Assembly (NCBI GenBank): GCA_964631255.1 | Contig: CAZVWS010000004.1 | Location: forward strand, 35,806-99,805 | Direction of reading: 5' to 3' | Length of the DNA: 64,000 nucleotides | Source of the DNA: an uncultured Dysgonomonadaceae bacterium | Lineage (GTDB): Bacteria > Bacteroidota > Bacteroidia > Bacteroidales > Dysgonomonadaceae | Shown: piece by piece, positions 29,970 to 39,754 of the stretch | Layout: every line of letters begins with the position of its first letter | How positions within the stretch are numbered: position 1 is the stretch's first letter | Position numbers and translations under genes: made by a program | Notes under the pieces: generated by a model | The model's input: only the letters and a program-made list of their open reading frames with translations | Told to the model about the DNA's origin: nothing | Database searches by the model: none

Positions 29970-32687
29970 ATGGACAAAAAAAGAGTTTACACCTTTGGTA
30001 ACGGTGTTGCTGAAGGACGTGCAGATATGAAAAATCTGCTGGGGGGTAAAGGTGCTAACCTTGCCGAAATGAACCTGATTGGTGTTCCCGTACCTCCGGG
30101 ATTTACCATTACCACCGAAGTTTGTACCGAGTATAATAAATTGGGAAAAGACTACGTGGTAGAAGTGTTAAAATCAGAAGTGGAAGAAGCAATCGCAAAC
30201 ATCGAGCAACTGATGGGCGCGAAATTTGGCGACCGCGAAAACCCATGCTTGGTATCTGTACGCTCAGGAGCTCGCGTTTCTATGCCCGGTATGATGGACA
30301 CCGTTCTCAACCTTGGTTTGAATGACGATGCAGTAGAAGGTATCGCCAAAAAATCGGGTAACGAGCGTTTCGCTTGGGACTCTTACCGCCGTTTCGTACA
30401 AATGTACGGCGATGTGGTTCTCGGAATGAAACCCGAAAGCAAAGACGACATCGACCCATTTGAAGAGATAATGGAAGAAATGAAGGAAGCCAAAGGAGTA
30501 GAATTAGATACAGAACTATCGGTAGAAGATTTGAAAGAATTGGTAAAACGTTTTAAAGCAGCCGTGAAAAAACAAACCGGAAGCGACTTCCCCGAAAGTG
30601 CGTGGGAACAACTTTGGGGTGCCATTTGTGCCGTATTTGATAGCTGGATGAACGAACGCGCTATCCTTTACCGGAAAATGAACAACTTCTCCGATGAGTG
30701 GGGAACTGCCGTAAACGTACAAGCCATGGTCTACGGAAACATGGGAAAAACTTCGGGAACAGGCGTTGCTTTCACACGCGACTCAGCAACCGGAGAAGAT
30801 ATTTTTAACGGCGAATACCTGATAGATGCACAAGGTGAAGACGTTGTTGCCGGTGTACGAACACCACAAGAAATCACGATAGAAGGCTCGCGTCGTTGGG
30901 CAAAATTGCAAGGCGTTTCGGAAGAAGAACGTGCTGCAAAATACCCATCGTTGGAAGAAGCGCTACCCGTTTGTGCCGCAGAACTCATCGAGACACAACA
31001 AAAACTCGAAGACTACTTCAAAGATATGCAAGACTTGGAATTTACCATCCAAGACGGAAAATTGTGGATTCTGCAAACCCGTAGCGGAAAACGTACCGGT
31101 GCAGCCATGATAAAAATTGCTATCGATATGCTTCACCAAGGATATATCGACGAAAAAACAGTGCTGAAACGTTGCGATGCCGAGAAATTGGACGAACTGT
31201 TGCACCCTGTTTTCGACAAAAAAGCATTGGCAGAAGCAAAACCGATTACCAACGGACTTCCCGCATCGCCGGGTGCTGCCGCCGGACAAATTGTTTTCCA
31301 TGCCGACGACGCCGAAGAATGGGCAAAAGACGGAAAGAAAACAATTCTTTGCCGCATCGAAACATCGCCCGAAGACCTCCGCGGAATGGCTACGGCTCAA
31401 GGTATCCTCACTGCACGTGGTGGTATGACATCGCACGCTGCTGTTGTGGCACGCGGTATGGGTAAATGCTGTGTTTCGGCTGCAAATGGCGTTGTTATCA
31501 GTTATAAAGACAGAACAATGACCATAAACGGCAAGGTGTTGAAAGAAGGCGACTGGATTTCGCTGAACGGAACAACCGGAAACGTTTACGAAGGAAAAAT
31601 ACAAACGCAGGATGCGGAATTGGGTGACGATTTCCTCGAACTGATGAAAATTGCCGACAAATATACCCGCATGAACGTGCGCACCAATGCCGATACGCCT
31701 CGCGATGCCAAAGTGGCTCGCAATTTCGGTGCAACCGGTATCGGACTTTGTCGTACCGAGCACATGTTCTTCGAAGAAGACAAAATCATTCCCATGCGTG
31801 AAATGATTTTGGCGAAAAACGAAGAAGGTCGTCGCAAAGCGTTAGAAAAACTGCTTCCATTGCAAAAAGAAGACTTCAAAGGAATATTCACGGCAATGGA
31901 CGGATTCCCCGTTACCGTTCGCTTGCTCGACCCACCATTGCACGAATTTGTACCACACGATGAAAAAGGACAAATGGAAATGGCAAGAGTAATGGATATC
32001 TCCTACGAAGATATTCACGAACGTGTTGAAGGATTGATGGAATCGAACCCGATGCTCGGATTGCGCGGATGCCGTCTCGGAAACCTCTATCCCGAGATTA
32101 CCGAAATGCAAACACGCGCCATCATGGAAGCTGCCCTCGACCTGAAAAAAGAAGGCATCAAAGCCGTTCCCGAAATCATGGTTCCCCTTACCGGTATCTT
32201 GCACGAGTTTAAAGCACAGAAAGATATCATCGAAAAAACCATCAAAGAGGTATTTGCAGAATACAACGATTCTATCGACTACCACGTGGGCACGATGATT
32301 GAAATTCCACGCGCTACACTCACTGCACACCGCATTGCAACCGAAGCCGATTTCTTCTCGTTCGGAACCAACGACTTGACGCAGATGACATTTGGTTACA
32401 GCCGCGACGACGTTGCCAAATTCCTACCGATGTATATCGACAAAGGAATTTTGAAACACGACCCGTTTGCCGTGCTCGACCAAAACGGTGTTGGTCAGCT
32501 CGTGAGCATGGCCGTTCAAAAAGGTCGCGAAGTGAAACCCTCGCTCAAATGCGGTATTTGCGGCGAACACGGAGGCGAACCCTCATCCGTGAAATTCTGC
32601 CACCGCGTAGGCCTCAACTATGTTTCTTGCTCTCCTTTCCGTGTGCCCATCGCACGTTTGGCGGCAGCGCAAGCGGCTATTGAATAA
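29970..32687 (+). CDS. ppdK: Pyruvate, phosphate dikinase
   Basis: 905 aa. Phosphohistidine motif GGMTSHAAVVARG and the PEP-utilising C-terminal domain segment GICGEHGG. Confidence 0.95.
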   Translation: MDKKRVYTFGNGVAEGRADMKNLLGGKGANLAEMNLIGVPVPPGFTITTEVCTEYNKLGKDYVVEVLKSEVEEAIANIEQLMGAKFGDRENPCLVSVRSGARVSMPGMMDTVLNLGLNDDAVEGIAKKSGNERFAWDSYRRFVQMYGDVVLGMKPESKDDIDPFEEIMEEMKEAKGVELDTELSVEDLKELVKRFKAAVKKQTGSDFPESAWEQLWGAICAVFDSWMNERAILYRKMNNFSDEWGTAVNVQAMVYGNMGKTSGTGVAFTRDSATGEDIFNGEYLIDAQGEDVVAGVRTPQEITIEGSRRWAKLQGVSEEERAAKYPSLEEALPVCAAELIETQQKLEDYFKDMQDLEFTIQDGKLWILQTRSGKRTGAAMIKIAIDMLHQGYIDEKTVLKRCDAEKLDELLHPVFDKKALAEAKPITNGLPASPGAAAGQIVFHADDAEEWAKDGKKTILCRIETSPEDLRGMATAQGILTARGGMTSHAAVVARGMGKCCVSAANGVVISYKDRTMTINGKVLKEGDWISLNGTTGNVYEGKIQTQDAELGDDFLELMKIADKYTRMNVRTNADTPRDAKVARNFGATGIGLCRTEHMFFEEDKIIPMREMILAKNEEGRRKALEKLLPLQKEDFKGIFTAMDGFPVTVRLLDPPLHEFVPHDEKGQMEMARVMDISYEDIHERVEGLMESNPMLGLRGCRLGNLYPEITEMQTRAIMEAALDLKKEGIKAVPEIMVPLTGILHEFKAQKDIIEKTIKEVFAEYNDSIDYHVGTMIEIPRATLTAHRIATEADFFSFGTNDLTQMTFGYSRDDVAKFLPMYIDKGILKHDPFAVLDQNGVGQLVSMAVQKGREVKPSLKCGICGEHGGEPSSVKFCHRVGLNYVSCSPFRVPIARLAAAQAAIE

Positions 32688-32720
32688 CAAATCAGATTTT
32701 CATCCTTATTTTTACATATC

Positions 32721-32754
32721 ACGGAGCAGCTTATGGGTTGCTCCGTGTTTTTTG
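32721..32754 (+). terminator. Rho-independent terminator after ppdK
   Basis: Stem ACGGAGCA (32721-32728) pairs with TGCTCCGT (32739-32746), followed by a T-run. Confidence 0.7.
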
Positions 32755-32765
32755 TTATATCTTTA

Positions 32766-32796
32766 CCGTAGGAAAATAAAACAAACATTATCTAAA
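32766..32796 (+). promoter_or_regulatory. Bipartite motif CCGTAGGAAAA-N12-TATCTAAA (candidate ECF-type promoter), copy 1
   Basis: Ends 23 nt upstream of the sigma-factor start. An identical bipartite motif with identical spacing recurs at 33353-33383. Confidence 0.5.
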
Positions 32797-32818
32797 CAGA
32801 AAATTCAAATCATCCGCT

Positions 32819-33358
32819 TTGTCCGACACCAAACTCATATACAACATTCTTTCAGGCAACAAAGATGCTTTTAAGGAATTGATGGAGAAATACCAAGCCA
32901 AGGTATTTAGTACAGCGATGGGTTTTGTTCACTCCAAAGAGGATGCCGAAGATATAACGCAAGAGGTTTTTATCAAGGTATATCAATCTTTATCTACATT
33001 TAAAGGTGAGGCAGCATTTTCTACCTGGCTCTACAGAATAACGGTGAATCACAGCCTGCTTTTCATTAACAGAAACAAAAAAAACAGACTACTGGTTTCG
33101 CTCGAAAATATATTCAACAAGCCCAACAACGAAAATACTCCGTTAGAGAGTCTCGAAATAAAAGAGCGCGACGAACGAATAAAAAAAGCCATCGATTCTC
33201 TCTCCGATTCGCAGCGAGCAGCATTCGTACTAAGCAAATACGAAGAGTTGAATCAGAAAGAGATTGCGGCTATTTTAAACAAATCAGAAGGGGCGGTAGA
33301 GCAACTTTTACAACGGGCAAAAACCAATTTGCAAAAAAAATTGCAACCCTCACCGTAG
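32819..33358 (+). CDS. ECF-type RNA polymerase sigma-70 factor
   Basis: Region 2 (EDAEDITQEVFIKVYQSL...WLYRITVNH) and region 4 (SQRAAFVLSKYEELNQKEIAAILNKSEGAVEQLLQRAK). TTG start. Confidence 0.85.
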   Translation: MSDTKLIYNILSGNKDAFKELMEKYQAKVFSTAMGFVHSKEDAEDITQEVFIKVYQSLSTFKGEAAFSTWLYRITVNHSLLFINRNKKNRLLVSLENIFNKPNNENTPLESLEIKERDERIKKAIDSLSDSQRAAFVLSKYEELNQKEIAAILNKSEGAVEQLLQRAKTNLQKKLQPSP

Positions 33359-33383
33359 GAAAAAACAACAACAAGTATCTAAA
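33353..33383 (+). promoter_or_regulatory. Bipartite motif CCGTAGGAAAA-N12-TATCTAAA, copy 2
   Basis: Overlaps the sigma-gene stop codon and ends 18 nt upstream of the next gene. Confidence 0.5.
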
Positions 33384-33400
33384 TAATAAACGAAAACAAA

Positions 33401-33694
33401 ATGAAACCGGAAGATTATATCGACGATTTTATCCAACGCGAAAGGCAAACAAAGCCAAATCCGTTTTTGAGTACAAAGGTGCTAACAAAAGTGGACGAAT
33501 TGGAGAAAAGCAGTATCAAAAAGATGCCGTTGTGGCAAACGGTTTCCGTGGCAGCAAGTATTGCCATTGCAGCTTATTTTGGCATTTCTGTCGGCAACAG
33601 CTACATCGATAACCAAATGCCCGAAGTGGTGATGAACATAAACGACAGCCAGATAGAAAATTTAAGTTACTACAATTTTGACGATTATGAATAA
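33401..33694 (+). CDS. Small single-pass membrane protein (anti-sigma-like by position)
   Basis: 97 aa with one TM segment (LWQTVSVAASIAIAAYFGISV), immediately downstream of the ECF sigma gene. Confidence 0.5.
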   Translation: MKPEDYIDDFIQRERQTKPNPFLSTKVLTKVDELEKSSIKKMPLWQTVSVAASIAIAAYFGISVGNSYIDNQMPEVVMNINDSQIENLSYYNFDDYE

Positions 33695-34241
33695 TTCAAA
33701 TAAAATACTTTGGCTAATCATTGTCTTGTTGGTCATTTTGAACATAACAACCTTGGGTACCATATTTTACCACAACAAGCAAAACAGAAACGATAAATTG
33801 GCCATTGTTCTGGACGAAAACAGACAAAATCCGCTCACGGGACGCTTTTTTAGGCAAAATCTCGGTTTCGACGACTCGCAAATGGCAGCTTTTAGAGAAA
33901 CAAATCGCGAATTTCAACACGTAGCCAATAATCTGATTTTCGAAATGGATTCTTTGAAGACGGAAATGTTCGCAGAATTGAATTCCGCGCAGCCCGATAC
34001 CGCCAAACTCAATAATTTATCGGCACATCTGGGCAGCCACCATGTGGAATTAAAGAATATTACCAACCACTACTATCTGAAAATAAAATCGGTATGCAAA
34101 CCTTCGCAACAAGAACGATTGCAAGAAGCCTTCGCACCTCTTTTTAGAGATGGAACTTCCACCAACTTAGGAAAAGGGCTCAACCGAAAAAACGGCAACG
34201 GATACCGATACCGAAACGGACGCGGCTGGAGAAACCAATAA
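33678..34241 (+). CDS. Spy/CpxP-like periplasmic protein (periplasmic heavy metal sensor family)
   Basis: N-terminal anchor, helical repeats such as LGFDDSQMAAFRETNREF, and an Arg/Gly/Asn-rich tail. Confidence 0.55.
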   Translation: MTIMNNSNKILWLIIVLLVILNITTLGTIFYHNKQNRNDKLAIVLDENRQNPLTGRFFRQNLGFDDSQMAAFRETNREFQHVANNLIFEMDSLKTEMFAELNSAQPDTAKLNNLSAHLGSHHVELKNITNHYYLKIKSVCKPSQQERLQEAFAPLFRDGTSTNLGKGLNRKNGNGYRYRNGRGWRNQ

Positions 34242-34275
34242 ACCGGAATACATAAACATTTAAATATTTATCAAG

Positions 34276-34734
34276 ATGAAAACAAAATTATTTATCACAG
34301 TATGGAGCCTGATATTGTCAGTAGGACTACTATCTGCTCAAACCCAAAACAATACCCAAAAGCAAAACGAGAAAACCACTTCCGAACAAAAAGGACCGGC
34401 TTTTGTAGATAAAAACAACAACCTCATTTGCGACAATTTCGAGAATGGCACTCCCGGCAATAAAAATGCCAACGGCAAACAACGTCTGTTGGATGGCTCA
34501 GGAAGAAATCTTGGAAAAGGCAAAGGGATGAGAAACGGCAGAGGTAATGGAAGAGGTTGCGGAAGAAATTTTGTAGATAACAACAACGACGGCGTGTGCG
34601 ATAATCTGAAAAACAGAACTCCCCGCCGACAAAACGGCACGGTAGATGTAACCGGACTTCGCAATGGAAGAGGCTACGGCAGAAATTTTGTGGATAAAAA
34701 CAACGATGGCATCTGCGACCGCCGCCAAAAATAG
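34276..34734 (+). CDS. Secreted protein with three FVDxNN(D/N)x(I/V)CD motifs separated by Arg/Gly/Asn-rich linkers
   Basis: Signal peptide ending LLSAQ. Internal repeats FVDKNNNLICDNFENGTP, FVDNNNDGVCDNLKNRTP and FVDKNNDGICDRRQK. Confidence 0.6.
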   Translation: MKTKLFITVWSLILSVGLLSAQTQNNTQKQNEKTTSEQKGPAFVDKNNNLICDNFENGTPGNKNANGKQRLLDGSGRNLGKGKGMRNGRGNGRGCGRNFVDNNNDGVCDNLKNRTPRRQNGTVDVTGLRNGRGYGRNFVDKNNDGICDRRQK

Positions 34735-34820
34735 GCATACCATTCGTTAATCACAGAAAAAAATTTATCATTGGATACAGTCCACTGAGCTTATACAACA
34801 TTAATAACACCCCCAAAGGC

Positions 34821-35066
34821 ATGCTTATCAACAAAAACATAGCAGTAAGTGAAAATGGATTCATGTTTAATCCACTCACAGGAGATAGTTTCAGCGTGAA
34901 CCAAACCGGTTCGTTTATCATTCAAAAAATGAAAGAAGGCAAATGCGAAAAAGATATTTTACAAGCTCTTTGCCAAGAATACGAATTGGACAGTTACACT
35001 GCCGAAAAAGATTTCTATGATTTCATCTCGTTGTTAAATAGTTATCAGCTCATTGAAAATGAATAG
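34821..35066 (+). CDS. PqqD-family small protein (peptide-chaperone/RRE-like)
   Basis: 81 aa. FMFNPLTGDSFSVNQTGSFIIQ...YDFISLLNSYQLI resembles PqqD-like proteins. Confidence 0.65.
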   Translation: MLINKNIAVSENGFMFNPLTGDSFSVNQTGSFIIQKMKEGKCEKDILQALCQEYELDSYTAEKDFYDFISLLNSYQLIENE

Positions 35067-36108
35067 AAAGAAAATAACTGTTGGTGTTACGGGGCTCAAT
35101 AACATAGACAGCCCCGGACCCGGCATGCCCGTTATTCGCGCATTAAAAGAAAGTACCGATTTCGATTTTAGCATTGTTGGTCTTTCGTACGAAACTTTGG
35201 AACCCGGAATCTATATGCACGAACTGCTGGATAAGGTATATCAACTACCTTTACCGTCGGCTGGTTCATCAGTTTTGAAAGAGAGATTGCAATACATCCA
35301 TCAAAAAGAGAAATTGAATGTAATTATTCCAAATTTTGATGCAGAATTGCATAATTTTATCAAAATACAACACGCTCTAAAATCGGAAATGGAAATTGCC
35401 ACATTCTTGCCGTCGCACGAATCTTTTGAAGAAAGGCAAAAATCGGAACTGAACAAATTTGGCGAAAAATACAACGTGAAAGTACCCAAAAGTTACATGA
35501 TTAACCAAATATTGGAGTTCAAAGAGATAGAAAAAGATATTCATTACCCGATGGTAATAAAAGGCAGATATTACGACGCCTATATTGCTTACACTTACGA
35601 ACAAGCCGTGTCGTACTTCTACAAAATAACCTCCAAATGGGGATATCCGGTTATCGTGCAACAGTTTGTAACAGGCACAGAAGTAAATGTAACTGCAATT
35701 GGTGACGGCAAGGGCAGTTGCGTTGGCGCCGTAGCGATGCGAAAACTATACATAACCGATAAGGGCAAGGCGTGGTCGGGCATTGCACTGGAAGACAATA
35801 AATTGATGCAAATTTCGAGTCGGGTAATTGAAAACAGCAAATGGCGTGGCGGATGTGAGTTAGAATTTATCAAAACCAATGATAAAGAATATTATTTGTT
35901 AGAAATGAATCCGCGATTTCCGGCTTGGATATATCTGGCTAACGGTTGCGGACAAAATCATCCCGAAGCACTTGTAAAAATGGCTTTGGGTGAAAAAGTA
36001 CAGCCATTTGCCCAATACAAAAGCGGAAAAATGTTTTTACGCTACTCTACCGATATGATTGTAGATATTTCGGAATTTGAAAAAATTTCAACAACAGGCG
36101 AGTTATAA
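35053..36108 (+). CDS. ATP-grasp domain protein
   Basis: Central YPMVIKGRYYDAYIAY...PVIVQQFVTGTEVNV and CELEFIK...YLLEMNPRFPAW resemble ATP-grasp ligases. Overlaps the PqqD-like gene by 14 nt. Confidence 0.8.
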   Translation: MKMNRKKITVGVTGLNNIDSPGPGMPVIRALKESTDFDFSIVGLSYETLEPGIYMHELLDKVYQLPLPSAGSSVLKERLQYIHQKEKLNVIIPNFDAELHNFIKIQHALKSEMEIATFLPSHESFEERQKSELNKFGEKYNVKVPKSYMINQILEFKEIEKDIHYPMVIKGRYYDAYIAYTYEQAVSYFYKITSKWGYPVIVQQFVTGTEVNVTAIGDGKGSCVGAVAMRKLYITDKGKAWSGIALEDNKLMQISSRVIENSKWRGGCELEFIKTNDKEYYLLEMNPRFPAWIYLANGCGQNHPEALVKMALGEKVQPFAQYKSGKMFLRYSTDMIVDISEFEKISTTGEL

Positions 36109-36205
36109 CTCTTCACTCAATCATAAAAAGAAAATTTTCAAAATTAACATCTTCAATCAGATAGTAAAGAATCAGGAACAACAAAAAGTGATAAAAAACG
36201 AACTT

Positions 36206-37561
36206 ATGAAACTAACATACGAACGACCGATAATTCAAAAATTAAATACAGGCTTACTTAATAAATTTGGTTACAGAACCGAATACACACCACTAAAACA
36301 GATTGATGGTGTATCTGTTAACGAATTGATGGATAGCTACGGTTCCCCGCTATTTGTGATAAGCGAAAAAACAATACGCGACACCTATCAACGTGCACAA
36401 AAAGCATTTAAAATGCGCTACCCGAAAGTGCAGTTTGCCTGGAGTTACAAGACCAATTATCTGGATGCCGTGTGTCATATTTTTCATCAGGAAGGTAGTT
36501 GGGCTGAAGTTGTATCGGGTTTTGAGTACCAGAAAGCAATTCGCAACGGCGTTCCGGGTAATCTCATCATCTTTAATGGTCCCGACAAATCAGCAGAAGA
36601 TTTGCTGACCGCCACCACCAATGGTTCTTTGATTCATATTGACCATTTCGACGAACTTTATACCCTCATCCAAATTTTGGAAGGCACCCAACTCAAAGCA
36701 AGGGTTGCCATTCGGGTAAATATGGATACTGGCGTCTATCCGCAATGGCATCGATTTGGTTTCAATTACGAATCGGGCGAAGCTTGGAGTGCCATCATGA
36801 AAATTGTTACCCAAAAAAACTTAGAGTTAGAGGGTTTGCATTGCCACATTGGCACGTACATGCTAACAGCAAACGCGTACGCAGTAGCTGCACAAAAAAT
36901 GTGCGAACTGGCACATAAAACGGCTACCAAAGCCGGCATTAAAGTAAAATATATGGATTTGGGAGGCGGATTTTGCTCCACCAATACACTAAAAGGCTCT
37001 TACTTGCCGGGTGCAGATATGACTCCGTCGTTCGATGATTATGCCGAAGCCATTACAAATACCATTTTGCATTTCGGATTCAAGCCCGACGAGTTGCCGC
37101 TGCTCATTCTCGAAACCGGTCGTGCGCTCATAGATGAAGCGGGTTATCTGCTCGGCTCCGTGCTGGCAACCAAACGTATGCCCGACGGACGACGTGCCAC
37201 CCTTCTCGATATTGGATTAAATATCATGTTCACATCCTTCTGGTACAACCACCGTGTGTCGGTTGCCCAAGATTTTTCCCAACATTCCGAAGAGATGGTG
37301 CTGTATGGCCCGCTTTGTATGAATATCGACTGTCTTCGTGAAAGTATTTATCTGCCACTGCTCAAAAAAGGAGATAAAGTGGTGGTGCACGAAGTTGGAG
37401 CATACAACATGACCCAATGGATGCAATTTATCACACTGCGCCCCAATATTGTACTGATAGACACAAAGGGTAAAGTGCATCTGATTAGAAAAGAGGAAAC
37501 CACAGAATCTATTGTATCTCATGAATTGACGCCCAAGTATCTGGCTACCTTTACTTTGTAA
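36206..37561 (+). CDS. PLP-dependent decarboxylase, Orn/DAP/Arg decarboxylase family 2 (LysA-like)
   Basis: GSPLFVISEKTIRD, the PLP-lysine region WSYKTNY, MDLGGGF and EVGAYN. Start re-set to MKLTYERP (ATG 36206). Confidence 0.85.
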   Translation: MKLTYERPIIQKLNTGLLNKFGYRTEYTPLKQIDGVSVNELMDSYGSPLFVISEKTIRDTYQRAQKAFKMRYPKVQFAWSYKTNYLDAVCHIFHQEGSWAEVVSGFEYQKAIRNGVPGNLIIFNGPDKSAEDLLTATTNGSLIHIDHFDELYTLIQILEGTQLKARVAIRVNMDTGVYPQWHRFGFNYESGEAWSAIMKIVTQKNLELEGLHCHIGTYMLTANAYAVAAQKMCELAHKTATKAGIKVKYMDLGGGFCSTNTLKGSYLPGADMTPSFDDYAEAITNTILHFGFKPDELPLLILETGRALIDEAGYLLGSVLATKRMPDGRRATLLDIGLNIMFTSFWYNHRVSVAQDFSQHSEEMVLYGPLCMNIDCLRESIYLPLLKKGDKVVVHEVGAYNMTQWMQFITLRPNIVLIDTKGKVHLIRKEETTESIVSHELTPKYLATFTL

Positions 37562-37582
37562 TTATTTTTAAAGTTACACCGA

Positions 37583-39754
37583 ATGAAAACTCGGATACAA
37601 TCAACCGCAAAGCTACACCTGCATGGTTTGATAAACAGCTACGCGCAAATATTTTTCTCTCAAGACAAATGGTATGCCATTGTTTTGCTGATCCTTAGCA
37701 TGTTAGACCAGAGGGTAGGATTAGGTGGATTGGTGGCTGTGCTTATAACCAACTTAGTGGCGCATCTTTTCGGTTTTTCAAAAGATAAGATTCTGGCAGG
37801 ACTATATGGTTTTAATGCCATTTTTATCGGATTGAGTTTGACATACAAATTTCACGTTAATTCCTCTTTCTTGATTCTTTTCTTTTTCTCAGTCGTATTA
37901 GGATTTATGTTTACAATCTGGTTCGAAACACTTTTCAGCAAATACAAAATTCCAATCCTAACCTTGCCGTTTGTTTTTACCCTTTTCATTATCGATTTAT
38001 CGTTCACCAATTTTACCAACATACAACCCATTCTTCCTTTTGATAGAGTTACCATTGTATTGGCTGAACAAATGAAAGCTCCTTGGTATTACTTGGTACA
38101 TCTTCTGGATAGTGTTTCATTGCCACAAATGCTTCTCTATTATCTGAAAACGATGGCATCAATCTTTTTTGCCGATAGTGTTTTGGTTGGTATAATTATG
38201 GTGATTGCCCTGTTTTTTCATTCGCGAATAAAATCAACGGTTGCTTTCTTGGGATTTCTTTTCGCATTTATTACAGGTAAAATGATGGGCGTAGATGTTC
38301 AGCAACTAACTCAAAATCTGGTAGGTGTGAACTATATTTTTTGGGGAATGGCGATGGGTAGTTTCTTTATTATCCCCAACGCGTACAGCTATTTGCTGGT
38401 CATTGGGCTTACCCCAGTACTATTTTTCTTTCAAACAGGCATTGATAATTTAATTTCATTTGCCGGATTGGCATCATATACCCTGTCATTCAGTTTGATA
38501 ACGATTTTAGTTCTGTTTATTTTGAAACAAAGAAGTAAAAACAGATTTTTTATTTTCCCATTTATTCAATATTATAATCCCGAAAAAACAGTTTACAAAA
38601 ATATGAATTATATGCAGCGTTTCGGGCAGGAAGTATTGTTTAAGTTTCAACTACCTTTTCTAGATAAATGGACTGTCAGTCAAGGTTATAACGGAGCTAT
38701 TACCCATTTAGGTGCTTGGGCAAAAGCTATGGACTTTCAGATTACAGATGAGCATGGCAATACCTGTTGCAAACCAAGCAAACAAAAAGAAGATTATTAC
38801 AGTTTCAACAAGCCGGTTCTGGCACCTGCAGACGGCTATGTGTATATGATTAGCAATATCACCGAAGACAACGAGATTGGAAGTGTAAATACTATCCAAA
38901 ATTGGGGTAATACCATTATTATCAATCATCTGAATGGACTTTTTTCACAATTAAGTCATTTAAAAAAAGATAGTTTCAGAGTTCAGATTGGCGATTTTGT
39001 TACAAAAGGTAGCGTGGTTGCTGCTTGTGGTAATTCGGGAAGATCGCCCGAACCACATTTGCATTTTCAGATTCAACTCTCGCCCGAGATTGGCGCGACA
39101 ACTTACTCGTATCCTATAGGATATTTTTTTGAAAAAACAGAAGAAGCACCCATCCTTCGAATAGGAGATACACCCAAGGAGAACAGTACTATTTATAACG
39201 TAATCTCTTCGGAACTGGCACACCATGCTTTTGATACAATGCCGGGCAGAGTGCTTCGTGTAAAAAGTAACAACGATGATTTTTTGTGGGTCATTGCTAC
39301 CGATGCTTACAATAAGAAATACATCTATTGTAACAAATCAAAATCTGTGGCTTATATCGAAAACAATGGTACCATGTTCTATTTTACCGATTTTGAAGGG
39401 AAAAAATCCTCCCCACTTTATTTCTTGTATCGAAGTTGCTTCAAAATATTGCTATCCAACGAAATAGGTATTGTTATTAAAGACGCTATCCCACTGACTA
39501 AAGAGCATCCCATTGGCACAAAATGGTTGCAAGATTTGGTCGCACCGTTTTTTATTTTTACACAAGTAAAATATCAATCGAAACTTATCGAATCCAATCA
39601 TGCACATTATCCAACAGAACTTGTGTATCAGACAGAAACACATGTTTCTCCACTCAATTTAAAAAGGGGAAGAAAATTTGCCACAGTAACAATTGCAAGC
39701 AATAGAATTGAAATAAACTCAAAAAACAGGAAATTATGTATAGATTGGGGCTGA
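37583..39754 (+). CDS. Fusion protein: urea-transporter-like multi-pass membrane domain + C-terminal M23 (LytM) metallopeptidase domain
   Basis: N-terminal LINSYAQIFFSQD plus about 10 TM helices is UT-family-like. The C-terminal part has HLGAWAKAMDF, NWGNTIIINH, CGNSGRSPEPHLHFQ (the M23 HxxxD / HxH motifs). Confidence 0.8.
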   Translation: MKTRIQSTAKLHLHGLINSYAQIFFSQDKWYAIVLLILSMLDQRVGLGGLVAVLITNLVAHLFGFSKDKILAGLYGFNAIFIGLSLTYKFHVNSSFLILFFFSVVLGFMFTIWFETLFSKYKIPILTLPFVFTLFIIDLSFTNFTNIQPILPFDRVTIVLAEQMKAPWYYLVHLLDSVSLPQMLLYYLKTMASIFFADSVLVGIIMVIALFFHSRIKSTVAFLGFLFAFITGKMMGVDVQQLTQNLVGVNYIFWGMAMGSFFIIPNAYSYLLVIGLTPVLFFFQTGIDNLISFAGLASYTLSFSLITILVLFILKQRSKNRFFIFPFIQYYNPEKTVYKNMNYMQRFGQEVLFKFQLPFLDKWTVSQGYNGAITHLGAWAKAMDFQITDEHGNTCCKPSKQKEDYYSFNKPVLAPADGYVYMISNITEDNEIGSVNTIQNWGNTIIINHLNGLFSQLSHLKKDSFRVQIGDFVTKGSVVAACGNSGRSPEPHLHFQIQLSPEIGATTYSYPIGYFFEKTEEAPILRIGDTPKENSTIYNVISSELAHHAFDTMPGRVLRVKSNNDDFLWVIATDAYNKKYIYCNKSKSVAYIENNGTMFYFTDFEGKKSSPLYFLYRSCFKILLSNEIGIVIKDAIPLTKEHPIGTKWLQDLVAPFFIFTQVKYQSKLIESNHAHYPTELVYQTETHVSPLNLKRGRKFATVTIASNRIEINSKNRKLCIDWG

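Noticed and set aside
30963-31763. 266-aa minus-strand ORF, and other ORFs inside ppdK
   Set aside because: It is antisense to, or out of frame with, an unambiguous pyruvate phosphate dikinase. It has no motifs.
34276-34734. The Cys-repeat protein as a RiPP precursor for the adjacent PqqD/ATP-grasp operon
   Set aside because: It has a classical cleavable signal peptide, so it would leave the cytoplasm where the ATP-grasp enzyme acts. Its Arg/Gly/Asn-rich character also links it to the upstream Spy-like gene. This cannot be fully excluded without experiments.
37583-39754. A urea uptake or urease locus, inferred from the UT-like domain
   Set aside because: The window has no urease structural or accessory genes and no nitrogen-regulation genes. 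The domain is fused to an M23 peptidase within a biosynthetic-looking operon.
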